Shown here: positions 9,552 to 19,670 of the stretch, piece after piece
Layout: each line of letters begins with the position of its first letter
Position numbering within the stretch: the stretch's first letter is position 1
From: Silvibacterium sp.
GTDB taxonomy: Bacteria > Acidobacteriota > Terriglobia > Terriglobales > Acidobacteriaceae
Direction: 5' to 3'
DNA length: 64,000 nt
Assembly: GCA_030037215.1 (NCBI GenBank)
Contig: JASHRS010000185.1
Location: 3,947 to 67,946, forward strand
The notes under the pieces: generated by a model
Database searches by the model: none
Told to the model about the DNA's origin: nothing
The model's input: only the letters and a program-made list of their open reading frames with translations
Made by a program: the position numbers and the translations under genes

Positions 9552-11603
9552 ATGCCAGCCCACGACTTCCACATTGCGTCCGATTCAGCTTCGGAGACCC
9601 GTCCCATCTACGCATCTCCGGTCCGGGTCTGGACGCTCCTGTTGCTTGTCTTCTTTGCCGTTCACTTCATCGCTCTCTTTTCGCCAGCGTTGCTTGACGA
9701 CGCGGACTCGACTCACGCCAACGCCGCGCAACACATTGTCACAAGCGGGAACTGGGTCACCCTCTACGTCGATGGCATCCGCTATCTTGAGAAACCCCCG
9801 CTGCCCTACTGGCTGGCCGCCATTGATTATCGTATTTTCGGCTACAACGTCTTCGCCACGCATCTGCCCATGACGCTCGGGGTACTCGCATGTGCCGTCC
9901 TTGCATGGTTCTGGACACGCCACGCGTACGGCGACCGCGCCGGCTTTTACGCCGCGCTCGCCATTCTAACCTCCCTCGGTGTCTTTCTTTTCACCCGTTT
10001 TTTCATCCCCGAGTCGCTTCTCACTTTCTTTCTCGCGCTCTCGCTCTACGGCTTCCTTACAGGTCTAGAAGACCACAAGTCGGCGCGCTTCTATATCGCC
10101 TATGCATCCCTTGCCATTGCGGTTCTTGCCAAAGGATTGATCGCGCCCGTCTTCTTCGTCGCTGCTGTTGTGCCGTACCTCCTTATTACCGGCGAGTGGC
10201 GCCGTTGGCGCCAAATGCGGCTCATCACCGGCCTTCTGCTTTTCCTTGCCATCGCTGCTCCCTGGCACATCCTTTGCGCGCTTCAGAACCCCGATCATGG
10301 TAATCCGCACGGCAATATCCCCTCACCAGGCCATGTCCACGGATTCCTCTACTTCTACTTCATTAACGAACACGTACTACGTTTTCTTGGGCTGCGCTAC
10401 CCGCACGACTACAACAAACAGCCATGGTTCGCTTATTGGTTCGGACTGCTTGTCTGGCTTTTCCCCTGGAGCCTCTTTCTGCCCGCTGCGATCGTTCGCG
10501 TCTGGCGCAACCGGCAAATTTTCATCTCTGACCTGCGCTATAACTCCACGAACACCATTGAATTTCTGGACCCTCGCCAGACCGCGCAGGCTGCATCCTC
10601 GCTGGCAGCGCGCCTGCGTTTCCGCGCCCGCACCGGACTGCTGCTTGGCCTTTTTGCTGCCTTCATCCTCATCTTCTTCGCTATTTCCACCAATCAGGAG
10701 TACTACACCTGGCCTGCGTGGTTCGCCATCCTCATTCTCATTTCCGGATCGTTAGGCATGATCGAAGAGGCGCCCGAAGGCGACCCCCGTTGGATCAACG
10801 CTTCGAGCCGCTGGCTCACCAGCATGCATGCCGCCTTTGCCGTCATCGGCGTAGCTGCCGCTCTCGCTCTCACCTGGGGACTGTGGGCTTCGCGTCACCT
10901 CCCATTCGTGCCCGACATCGGAACCCTTCTGGCGCACCGCGCGGTCGGTGGTTATTCGCTCGCGACCTCGCACTTCTTCGATCTCACCGGACCATCCTTC
11001 GCTGCCCTGCGGCTGCCCGCTGCGATTGCTGCCGTCACCCTCCTGCTTGGCCCGCTTACGGCGTGGGTTCTGCGCCGCCGCGGTCACGGACTCGAAGCCA
11101 CTACCTCTGTCGCCTTCACCGCTGCCGTCTTCCTTATTGCCGCACACATCGCATTCGAGCGCTTCCAGCCGATGCTTTCATCGGAAGCAATGGCGAACAC
11201 CATCAACGCCATTGCAAGTACATCGGGCAATCGCCACTATCAACTCATCATTTATGGAGATCAATCGGACGGCTCGTCTGTCATCTTCTACACGCATCAT
11301 CAGGCACTGCTTGCGCACGGCAGTAAGAATTATTTCGAGCCGCGGCCCGCAAGTCCCGGCCATTCCGCGGAGCAGACTTTCGGCTCATCGATGATCTGGG
11401 GTTCCGACTACCCTGACGCGCCGCACATCTTCCTTGCCGACCCACAGCTGCTCGCCATGTGGGGGCAGGGTTCGCGCATCTTCCTCTTCGTCCCCGGGGA
11501 ATTCCATGACCATGTCGAACAGATCATGGCTGCGAATGGAAAGAAGCTCTACAAACTTCAGGAATTGTCGGATAAGACGCTCTATACCGACCATCCTCTC
11601 TAA
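9552..11603 (+). CDS. ArnT-like GT-C glycosyltransferase (GT39/GT83)
   Basis: YLEKPPLPYW, LAKG, PW...NEH motifs; many TM helices. Confidence 0.85.
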   Translation: MPAHDFHIASDSASETRPIYASPVRVWTLLLLVFFAVHFIALFSPALLDDADSTHANAAQHIVTSGNWVTLYVDGIRYLEKPPLPYWLAAIDYRIFGYNVFATHLPMTLGVLACAVLAWFWTRHAYGDRAGFYAALAILTSLGVFLFTRFFIPESLLTFFLALSLYGFLTGLEDHKSARFYIAYASLAIAVLAKGLIAPVFFVAAVVPYLLITGEWRRWRQMRLITGLLLFLAIAAPWHILCALQNPDHGNPHGNIPSPGHVHGFLYFYFINEHVLRFLGLRYPHDYNKQPWFAYWFGLLVWLFPWSLFLPAAIVRVWRNRQIFISDLRYNSTNTIEFLDPRQTAQAASSLAARLRFRARTGLLLGLFAAFILIFFAISTNQEYYTWPAWFAILILISGSLGMIEEAPEGDPRWINASSRWLTSMHAAFAVIGVAAALALTWGLWASRHLPFVPDIGTLLAHRAVGGYSLATSHFFDLTGPSFAALRLPAAIAAVTLLLGPLTAWVLRRRGHGLEATTSVAFTAAVFLIAAHIAFERFQPMLSSEAMANTINAIASTSGNRHYQLIIYGDQSDGSSVIFYTHHQALLAHGSKNYFEPRPASPGHSAEQTFGSSMIWGSDYPDAPHIFLADPQLLAMWGQGSRIFLFVPGEFHDHVEQIMAANGKKLYKLQELSDKTLYTDHPL

Positions 11604-11634
11604 GGCACTCACTATGCCCGGAAATATCCAGGCC

Positions 11635-12135
11635 ATGAAGACTCAATTCACCGCAATTGGAGCGCTCTTGTTGTTCCTTCCGGTCGCAGACCTGGCCTTT
11701 GCGCAAACACCGGCGCCAGCTCAGCCACCCATAAAAATGGGCCTGTGGCAGGAAGAGGTCATCACTACCATTAGCGGCATCGACGGCGTTAGTCCCGCGC
11801 CACAAAAATACACTGAGCAGACCTGCATCAGCCCTGAAAGCTGGAGCAAACATGGCCTCACAACAGTCAACGCAAACCGCTGCGTAATCTCAAACCTGCA
11901 CCCGGGCTCGCATACCCTCTCCTACGACCAGCAGTGCGGAGCGCAGGCCGACGCTGTTGTCTTCCATGTCACGATCCAGATCGACAGCGAGCGGCACATG
12001 CATGGAACGTCCGTTGCGACCATAACTGCCCCGGGTTCTGCCCGCCACGGCACATGGACATCGACCATCACCGAGCACTACCTTGTGCCTGACTGCGGTG
12101 ATATCAAGCCGGGCGAAAAATCCCCGAATCCCTAA
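11635..12135 (+). CDS. DUF3617-like secreted protein
   Basis: Signal peptide, KMGLWQ, four Cys, C-terminal PDCGDIKP; alternative ATG 11614. Confidence 0.7.
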   Translation: MKTQFTAIGALLLFLPVADLAFAQTPAPAQPPIKMGLWQEEVITTISGIDGVSPAPQKYTEQTCISPESWSKHGLTTVNANRCVISNLHPGSHTLSYDQQCGAQADAVVFHVTIQIDSERHMHGTSVATITAPGSARHGTWTSTITEHYLVPDCGDIKPGEKSPNP

Positions 12136-12144
12136 GCCTGACAG

Positions 12145-13566
12145 CTAGCTGACTGGTATCACTAGATACTGCTCCAGCTTCCCGTCAGGCATCGTGTACG
12201 TCGTCACCCGCACTTTCACGGGAGAATTCGCAAACTCCACCGTAAACGACCGGAATGTCATCCCGCCGCGCAGCTCTTCATCTGTCTCCTTAAATGATGA
12301 CGGCTCACCCAGCGGCGCGAGGCTGGACTCGAAATCCCCCATCGCTGTCTTATCGAAATACGCGTTACAGTTCGGCGTAAACAGCGAGCGGTCGATCCCT
12401 CCGTGCTGCAATCCTACAAAAATCTCGCGCGCCTGCTTCTCTGCTTCCGCCGCTGGCGAACCCGCTGCATTCAGTCCCAGCACCAGCGGAGACAGTGCCA
12501 TAGCAATCCCCGCCGCTGCCGGAGAAGCGTCCTGGTTCGTCAGCACTACAATCGCTGCCTTGTCGTTCGGAAACACCACGTTGTCCGACACAAATCCCGA
12601 CACCTCGCCGCTGTGCTGATAGATAACGTGCCCGTTCATATCGCGAATAAACAGCCCCAGCGCATAGTGCGAACTCTCGCCGTCCTTCAGCATCACCGGA
12701 TCGAACATCTGGTCATAGGACTTCTGGTCCAGCAGTGACCGGTTCATGACGCTGATGTCCCACTGCGCCAGGTCATACGCTGGCATCGCCAACTCACCCG
12801 CAGCAAACATCCATCCTTTGCCTTCTTTTGGAGCAGGACGCAGCGGTCCGAGCGCGTAGCGTACATACCCCTCCGCGTCCGTATCGCCCAGCTTCTGCGC
12901 ATCCGAGTTCCACACCGCCTCCATATTGATCGGCTTAAAGATGTGCTCCTGCAGGAAATTCATCAGCGGCTCGCCGCTTACCATCTCCACAATCCGTCCG
13001 GTAATTACATAGTTTGTATTTGAGTACTGCCACTTGGTCCCCGGATCAAAATCCAGTGGTTTCTTCCCCCACACATTCAGAATGTGCTGCGCCTCCGTCG
13101 CCTTCAGCATGGGAGGCATCACGTAATCTTCCGGCCAGTAATCCTGATAACCCGACGTGTGCGACAGCAGCATGCGAATCGTGACCTCGTTCGCCCGCGT
13201 CAGGTCCGGCAGGTACTTTGATACCGGATCGTTAATCGACAGCTTCCCCTCCTGCTGCAACAGTAAAACCGCAGCCGCTGTAAATTGCTTTGAGATCGAC
13301 CCAATCGAGTACCGCATCGCCGGAGTCGCATCCACCGGCGGATCGAGCTTCGCCTTCCCATACGCTTGCGTGTAAACAATCGTCCCATTCTGCACAATGG
13401 CCACCGATGCCGACGGAACACCCGTCTTCTGCAGAACCTGATCGGCAGCCGCATCGATCTTCGCCTTCAGATCCGGCGAAATCGTGTCTACATCGAGCGA
13501 AGCCTGGGCAAAAACAATCCCTGTACAGTAAAGAATCGCCGCCAATAGGATCAAAGCTCGTCGCAT
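12145..13566 (-). CDS. Serine hydrolase, beta-lactamase class C family
   Basis: SxxK (SISK), YxN (YSN), HSG; signal peptide. Confidence 0.9.
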   Translation of the reverse strand: MRRALILLAAILYCTGIVFAQASLDVDTISPDLKAKIDAAADQVLQKTGVPSASVAIVQNGTIVYTQAYGKAKLDPPVDATPAMRYSIGSISKQFTAAAVLLLQQEGKLSINDPVSKYLPDLTRANEVTIRMLLSHTSGYQDYWPEDYVMPPMLKATEAQHILNVWGKKPLDFDPGTKWQYSNTNYVITGRIVEMVSGEPLMNFLQEHIFKPINMEAVWNSDAQKLGDTDAEGYVRYALGPLRPAPKEGKGWMFAAGELAMPAYDLAQWDISVMNRSLLDQKSYDQMFDPVMLKDGESSHYALGLFIRDMNGHVIYQHSGEVSGFVSDNVVFPNDKAAIVVLTNQDASPAAAGIAMALSPLVLGLNAAGSPAAEAEKQAREIFVGLQHGGIDRSLFTPNCNAYFDKTAMGDFESSLAPLGEPSSFKETDEELRGGMTFRSFTVEFANSPVKVRVTTYTMPDGKLEQYLVIPVS

Positions 13567-13639
13567 AAATTAACCCCGGAACAACTCTCCAGTTTTAACA
13601 CGAGATTCTGTACCCTAAACTCGATACTCTGTTCCTGCA

Positions 13640-14641
13640 ATGTACGTCATCGCCCTCATCTTGGCACTGCTTGTTCCCGCCTCTTCAGGTCAGGATTCAG
13701 CGCATAAGGCGCCGCAGAAAGCGCAAAGTGACACCCATGAGTCCGGCTTCATCTTTTGGAAGATGTCCCGCCATTCTGTCGATCTCCTCCTGGACCCCGT
13801 TCCACAATCGAATTCTCTGCGTCTGGCGCAACTCAAACAAACCTTCACCGACCTCCAGTGTCAAGGGGAGCATCTGCGTGAGCAAACCTTCCCGGAAGGA
13901 CAGAACCTCATCTGCACGCTGCCCGGAACCGCAACGAACCAACCCGGTGTGGATCTCACGGGCGAAGCCGGAACCATCCTTTTCCTCGCTAACTATGAAC
14001 ACGAAGGCTCGGGTCAAAGCGCCATCGAGAACTGGACTGGCGCTATCATGCTGCCGTTCCTTTATCATGGGCTCGCCGCTGCACCGCGTCACCACACCTT
14101 TCTGTTCGCAGAAGTAGGCGGCGAGGCTGGCGCCAAAGCTCTGTTTGATTCCCTGACTCCCACCCAACGCAGTTCCCTCAGAGGCGTGGTTGCCTTCGAC
14201 GCACTTGGCCTCGGCCCCGCGGAGTTTTACAGCAACCCTAATGACACAAATGGTTTGCGCGCAATCGACACAACCAGCATGACCCGCGCAGACGAGATTC
14301 GTGAGGCATGCGCCAGGTTCCCACTATGCCGCACACTGATCCAGGCTGCCGGGGATCTCCGCATCGATCCACCCGTCTATGCGGTACCGGGCACATGGTT
14401 CAGGACAGATATCACCCGGGAATTCCGATATCATGGCGTGCCTTGCATCCTGATCCACTCCGTTACATTCAGCACTCGCGATCTTCCCGGCTCCTCGCAC
14501 GATGCTGCGCAGGCTATCCATCACGACAGTTACTTCGACACCCTGACTCTGCTGGATGACTATGCCGCTGAACTCGATCAGCCATGGCGGGCACCCGCCA
14601 ACAATGTCCCGTCCATGCCTTCCGGCGGCCGCCGCCGGTAA
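13640..14641 (+). CDS. Secreted M28-peptidase-fold protein, metal ligands degenerate
   Basis: NLICTLPG, ANYEH (cf. AHYDH), AIENWTG (cf. GAxDNxSG), AEVG (cf. GEE), FDALG. Confidence 0.6.
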   Translation: MYVIALILALLVPASSGQDSAHKAPQKAQSDTHESGFIFWKMSRHSVDLLLDPVPQSNSLRLAQLKQTFTDLQCQGEHLREQTFPEGQNLICTLPGTATNQPGVDLTGEAGTILFLANYEHEGSGQSAIENWTGAIMLPFLYHGLAAAPRHHTFLFAEVGGEAGAKALFDSLTPTQRSSLRGVVAFDALGLGPAEFYSNPNDTNGLRAIDTTSMTRADEIREACARFPLCRTLIQAAGDLRIDPPVYAVPGTWFRTDITREFRYHGVPCILIHSVTFSTRDLPGSSHDAAQAIHHDSYFDTLTLLDDYAAELDQPWRAPANNVPSMPSGGRRR

Positions 14642-14721
14642 GGAAGGTCACCTAACGCCTCAGAGGGATGTTGGAGACCTAACCCTGTACCCATTTCCCT
14701 TGTACCCTGTACCCTGAAATC

Positions 14722-15648
14722 GTGGCTCTTGCATCGCAGCCCATCTCTCTGTCCCAGCACTGGACCACACGCCTTCTTGGACCCCTTGAATGGTGGCACC
14801 TGCTCTCGCTCGATGCGCCCTCTGTTGCCGTCCTCTGGGCATGGAGCTTTGCGCGCGCGCTTCATCTAAACCTTCCCATCGATTCTCTGCTTCTCCTCTT
14901 CAGCGGCACCTGGCTGCTTTATGTCGCCGACCGCATTCTTGACGGCCTCCATCAGTCTCCCGCATGCCTGCGCGAGCGGCATTTCTTCTATATGAGGCAT
15001 CGCGCCGCCATCATTCTGGCTGCCGTTCCCGTAGGAAGCCTGGTCACATGGCTCGTCTTCGCGCAAATGCTGCCGAGCGCGCGGCGCTATGACACGCTAC
15101 TCTTCACAATTGCCTGCACCTACTTTTGCATGGTCCATTTGCCTGGCAGGACCATCGAGCGCTGGTTTCCAAAAGAACTTATTGTCGCCCTTATTTTCGC
15201 CTCTGCAACCGCCATTCCCGCCTTTACCAGAATCACTACCGGTTCTGCGCCTGGCATAACACAATCTCAGATTGTCCTGCTTGTGCCTGCTGCTCTCTTC
15301 GCCGCGCTCTGCTGGCTTAACTGCATCGCGATCGAAAAATGGGAACACCATCCTGGACTACCGCGTTCTGCATGGGGTCAGCATTTTCCGATGCAGAGAA
15401 ATGACCACACTACCCGCTGGGGGCAGCAGCATCTTCTCCTCATCAGCCTGACCATCGTCTGCATAGCCATCGTCTCGGCTGCTCTTTTACTGCTCTCTAA
15501 TGTACTTGCCGCATCGCTCTGTTTTGCGGTGGCCCTTGCGGCAACGCTCTTCATCGTTCTGGACCGTTCTACCCTCATCGCACTCCGCCTACGTATCGCG
15601 GCCGATGCAGCACTACTCACTCCACTCTTATTTGTCTTCATTCGTTGA
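14722..15648 (+). CDS. UbiA-like prenyltransferase-fold membrane protein
   Basis: YVADRILD motif, PKELIVA, multiple TM helices. Confidence 0.55.
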   Translation: MALASQPISLSQHWTTRLLGPLEWWHLLSLDAPSVAVLWAWSFARALHLNLPIDSLLLLFSGTWLLYVADRILDGLHQSPACLRERHFFYMRHRAAIILAAVPVGSLVTWLVFAQMLPSARRYDTLLFTIACTYFCMVHLPGRTIERWFPKELIVALIFASATAIPAFTRITTGSAPGITQSQIVLLVPAALFAALCWLNCIAIEKWEHHPGLPRSAWGQHFPMQRNDHTTRWGQQHLLLISLTIVCIAIVSAALLLLSNVLAASLCFAVALAATLFIVLDRSTLIALRLRIAADAALLTPLLFVFIR

Positions 15649-16358
15649 TGCCACCAGCCACCTCCGCGAACTTTGACCGCATCGCCCGGCCCTATCGCTG
15701 GCTGGAATACCTGTCTTTCGGCACAATGCTCGAGCGCTGCCGCTTCTGCCTCGTCCCGCAACTTGCCTCGGCCCGCCGCGCCCTAATTTATGGCGATGGA
15801 GATGGGCGCTTTCTCGCCCGTCTTCTTGCTGACAATCCGCATCTCCATGCTGACGTTGTCGATCAAAGCTCCGCCATGCTGCGCCTTTTGGAATCGCGTG
15901 TGTCCGCAGTCGGCGCCCGAGACCGGATCTGTATTCACCGGGCTGATGCCCTCGCGTTCGAGTTGACCGGGAACTATGACCTTGTTGTCACCCACTTCTT
16001 CCTCGATTGCTTCAGCACTGCAGAGGCGCTTGCCCTCGCACAGAAAATCCGTCCACACCTATCCGAAGACGCCCTCTGGCTTGTCTCCGAATTCGCAATC
16101 CCCCGCGGACCGGCGGCAATACCTGCGAAATCCATCATCGCTGCGCTTTATGCCGCCTTCGGCCTGCTCACCGGGCTCCGGACGCGCACTCTCCCTGATT
16201 ATGCAAGCGCCCTTACCCACACAGGATTCGCTGTCGCACAGCGTAAAATGTTCCTTGGCGGCCTGCTGGTCAGCGAAGTTTGGAAATCGAAAGCACATAA
16301 GAACAATGAGTTACCCCATTCGCACATTCGCGACGATCAGTTGTTACAATTCTGTTAA
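15645..16358 (+). CDS. Class I SAM-dependent methyltransferase
   Basis: IYGDGDGRFL motif I variant, VDQS, YDLVVTHFFLD; overlaps the upstream stop. Confidence 0.85.
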   Translation: MMPPATSANFDRIARPYRWLEYLSFGTMLERCRFCLVPQLASARRALIYGDGDGRFLARLLADNPHLHADVVDQSSAMLRLLESRVSAVGARDRICIHRADALAFELTGNYDLVVTHFFLDCFSTAEALALAQKIRPHLSEDALWLVSEFAIPRGPAAIPAKSIIAALYAAFGLLTGLRTRTLPDYASALTHTGFAVAQRKMFLGGLLVSEVWKSKAHKNNELPHSHIRDDQLLQFC

Positions 16359-16385
16359 AGACTAGCCGTTTCGGAACATATCCCC

Positions 16386-16940
16386 GTGAATTTATACGTT
16401 CTTCGCCACGCAAGCGCCGGAACCCGTCGCGCAAATCCGATTATCGACACCAAGCGTCCTCTCGATAAGGAAGGCAAGCAGCAATGCATGCTGGTGGGAA
16501 GCTATCTAAACGCGTTAAATGTGCAGTTTGACGCAATCATCTCAAGCCCGCTTAAGCGGGCGTTGCAAACTGCCTCGCTGGTAGGAACCGAGGTAGGATA
16601 TGACGCGAAGATTCTTGTCTCCGAGACGCTGGCCCCCTCGGCCACGGTCACCAACTTCGAAAAGCTGGTGGCTGGCCTCCTCCAATATGAAAATGTTCTG
16701 GTTGTGGGGCACAACCCGAATCTGGCAGTCTTTCTAGGAGCCCTGATCGCTCCGCACAGCATAATTGGAGTAACCGGGCAATCCGACAAGCCGCGTATCC
16801 GGCTTCGTAAGGGTGCTATCGCGCGTGTTGACTGCACTCGTCGCCCCGGAATATTGAACTGGCTTGTGGATCCACGTATCCTGCGCGGCGTTTACGCCAA
16901 GGTTACCAAGAGTTCCCGCCGGAAGACTTCCCGAAAATAG
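16386..16940 (+). CDS. sixA: Phosphohistidine phosphatase SixA
   Basis: LRHA, RPL, SSPLKRALQTA, VGHNP. Confidence 0.85.
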   Translation: MNLYVLRHASAGTRRANPIIDTKRPLDKEGKQQCMLVGSYLNALNVQFDAIISSPLKRALQTASLVGTEVGYDAKILVSETLAPSATVTNFEKLVAGLLQYENVLVVGHNPNLAVFLGALIAPHSIIGVTGQSDKPRIRLRKGAIARVDCTRRPGILNWLVDPRILRGVYAKVTKSSRRKTSRK

Positions 16941-18421
16941 TTTGCTTCTTTCCTGAGTGACCAAAGCTCCAGCTCAGCGCCTGTCCGCCCAGGACTTAAC
17001 TCGAGCAAAACCCGTTTAGGATAGACCCGCACCCGCACTCGCAGAATGTCGCTTGCCCGATCCTGATTGAGGGCAACCGCCAAACGCAGTAGCACCACTG
17101 CGCGCTTTACATGCTCATGCTCTTCGACAGGAACCTGGCGCATGGTCCGGCCCTCGGGCTCTGGACGGCTCTTGCCAATGTAGCGCGCAATTGCCGAAGT
17201 GACCACACGCTGTACAGGGGTAAAGCCGAAAATTTCCGAGTTTGCGATGATGTATTGCGCATGTCTGTGGTGACCCTGATAGTTCATGAACTTTCCCAGA
17301 TCACGCATCATCGCCGCCGCCTCAAGCCAGATCCGGTACTCCTGAGGAAGCTCGTGAATGCCGGCCAGGTCGTGAAACAACTGCGCTGCATGGACGCGGA
17401 CAGGTTCAGCCTGTTTCATGTCCACGCCGTATCTGCGGCAGATTTCGAGCACCGCCTCCCACCGCTCACGTTCGTACTGCTGGTGCGCAGCAGTCCGCGC
17501 GTCGCTCTCGGCAAGCATCTGCGCAAGAATGCCGTCACGCAGCCCCATATCCGAATAGCGCAACCCTCGCAGCCCGAAGTGTTCGAGCAGATCAGAATAG
17601 ACATGCGCTCCGGCCACAATAATCTCTGAACGGCGCGGTCCTATGCCTGGAACGGAGCCGCGCGCCTCGTTCCGCATCTTGGTGAGCTTGCCGGCCAGCT
17701 TGTGAACGTCTTCGACCGGCGTCACATAGTCGTGCTTCGATGGATTCACTTTGTGTATCGCACGGCTCGCCGCACAAAGCGCCGCGGCAGTTCCCGAAGT
17801 GGCAATAATCGTATGCACTCGTCCGGGAGTCACCCGCCGTGAAGCGCGCCGTAGCTCGCGAGCAACGAATTTCTTCAACCTCGCAATCTCGTCCTTAGCC
17901 GGAGGGTCAGACTTGAGAAACTCCTGCGTCAGCCGCACTGCGCCAAGCGGCAGACTCACCGTCTCCACAATATGCTTGCGATCGGAGAGAGAGATTTCGC
18001 AGCTTCCGCCGCCCACGTCGATCAACAGGCACCGTCCCGCTGTACCCGGCTCGTTGCTGATCACCCCGCGGTGAATCAACCATCCTTCTTCCAGGCCGGA
18101 TATGATCTCGACCTCCCAGCCGGTTTCATCCCTCACCCAGGCCAGAAAGGCCCGCCCGTTGCGCGCGTCGCGCATTGCCGACGTCGCAACTGCCCTGACC
18201 TGATCGGCGCCGTGCATCTGAACGGCCTTGTAAAAGCGCTTCAGGGCGTCCAGCGTGGCTGCCATCGCCTCGGGAGAAACCAATCCTGACCCGAATACGC
18301 TCGATCCGAGCCGCGTCACTTCACGGTCCTCATGCAACACACGCAGCCGGTGCTGCACGACCCGCGCGATCTTCAATCTGCAGGAGTTGGAACCAATGTC
18401 AATCGCCGCGAAAGTCTGCAT
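16892..18421 (-). CDS. ppx: Ppx/GppA exopolyphosphatase
   Basis: AAIDIGSNS, ATSAMRDA, DVGGGSCE, GLRDG, C-terminal HD-like domain. Confidence 0.93.
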   Translation of the reverse strand: MQTFAAIDIGSNSCRLKIARVVQHRLRVLHEDREVTRLGSSVFGSGLVSPEAMAATLDALKRFYKAVQMHGADQVRAVATSAMRDARNGRAFLAWVRDETGWEVEIISGLEEGWLIHRGVISNEPGTAGRCLLIDVGGGSCEISLSDRKHIVETVSLPLGAVRLTQEFLKSDPPAKDEIARLKKFVARELRRASRRVTPGRVHTIIATSGTAAALCAASRAIHKVNPSKHDYVTPVEDVHKLAGKLTKMRNEARGSVPGIGPRRSEIIVAGAHVYSDLLEHFGLRGLRYSDMGLRDGILAQMLAESDARTAAHQQYERERWEAVLEICRRYGVDMKQAEPVRVHAAQLFHDLAGIHELPQEYRIWLEAAAMMRDLGKFMNYQGHHRHAQYIIANSEIFGFTPVQRVVTSAIARYIGKSRPEPEGRTMRQVPVEEHEHVKRAVVLLRLAVALNQDRASDILRVRVRVYPKRVLLELSPGRTGAELELWSLRKEANYFREVFRRELLVTLA

Positions 18422-18496
18422 CGTTTCGTTCGAGTCTCAGGAGGATTTGCGGTACTTCTGCAAGATAGCAGTGTTCTGTTCCAAAAGCAGAAAATC

Positions 18497-18521
18497 AAAA
18501 GGCGAACCCTAAGGTTCGCCT
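18497..18521 (-). terminator. Rho-independent terminator of tal
   Basis: AGGCGAACC-4nt-GGTTCGCCT followed by a U-rich tract on the minus strand. Confidence 0.75.
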
Positions 18522-18546
18522 CTATTGATTAAGATTCGGTAGGGTA

Positions 18547-19557
18547 TTAACGGGTGCCTACCGGCTTCGGCTCTTTCGCGCTGATCTCCGCCACCCGCTT
18601 CGCCAGCAACTGCTCCAAACTTTCCAGAGCCTTTGAGAAGCCTTCAATGCCTTCCTTCAACTTGTCGTTGGCCATGTGGTCGGCGGCGTGCATCTTGTCG
18701 AAGGTCGCCTTGTCGATATTCAGCTTTTCTATATTCATCGACTTCGCCTTCTCTGGATCGAGTTTGCGCGGCAAGTCTTCCTGTGTCGCCTCAAGCTCGT
18801 GCAGTAGTGTCGGCGAGATTGTCAGCAGATCGCATCCTGCTAGTTCGCGGATTTCGCCCGTGTTCCGGAAGCTTGCTCCCATCACCTGCGTTTTATATCC
18901 GAAATGCTTGAAGTAGTTGTAAATCGTAGTAACCGACTGCACGCCGGGATCGTCTGCGCCCTGATAATCCTTGCCCGTGTTCTTCTTGTACCAGTCAAGG
19001 ATGCGGCCGACGAATGGTGAAACCAGCGTAACCTTCGCATCGCCGCACGCAACAGCCTGGTGAATGCCAAACAGCAGCGTCAGATTGCAGTGAATTCCTT
19101 CCTTTTCCAGCTCCTCGGCTGCCCGAATTCCTTCCCACGTCGAGGCAATCTTGATTAGAATCCGCTCTTTAGAGACGCCCTGTTCCGCGTAAAGCCGGAT
19201 GATTTCCCGCGCCTGCTTCAACGTTCCTTCTGTGTCATAGGAAAGACGCGCATCGACCTCGGTGGATACACGGCCCGGAATAATCGTAAGAATCTTTTTG
19301 CCGAAGGCTATGGCCAGGTGCTTAAAGGCATCCTTTGCCACTGCCTGATCGCTCGCGTCTTCGCCCAGCCGCTTCTTTGCATCGGCCAGTACACCGTCCA
19401 CAATCGGCGCATACTGCGGCATCTGCGCCGCTGCAGTGATGAGCGACGGATTTGTGGTCGCATCCTGCGGCTTCACCTTCTCAATCGCGTCAATATCGCC
19501 CGTATCGGCTACAACTGTGGTCATTCCGCGCAATTGTTCCAGCAGGTTCTTAGACAT
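18547..19557 (-). CDS. tal: Transaldolase
   Basis: [39 protein letters not shown]. Confidence 0.97.
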   Translation of the reverse strand: MSKNLLEQLRGMTTVVADTGDIDAIEKVKPQDATTNPSLITAAAQMPQYAPIVDGVLADAKKRLGEDASDQAVAKDAFKHLAIAFGKKILTIIPGRVSTEVDARLSYDTEGTLKQAREIIRLYAEQGVSKERILIKIASTWEGIRAAEELEKEGIHCNLTLLFGIHQAVACGDAKVTLVSPFVGRILDWYKKNTGKDYQGADDPGVQSVTTIYNYFKHFGYKTQVMGASFRNTGEIRELAGCDLLTISPTLLHELEATQEDLPRKLDPEKAKSMNIEKLNIDKATFDKMHAADHMANDKLKEGIEGFSKALESLEQLLAKRVAEISAKEPKPVGTR

Positions 19558-19670
19558 GTCTCCTCCTCATCGCTCTCTTCGTCATTATCGGCCATCTCCC
19601 GGCGAAAAGGAAACGAGCCAGCCCGCTTTTTCCCGCCTGTTCATAAAAACCCTCTGATGGCTTTCAACTC

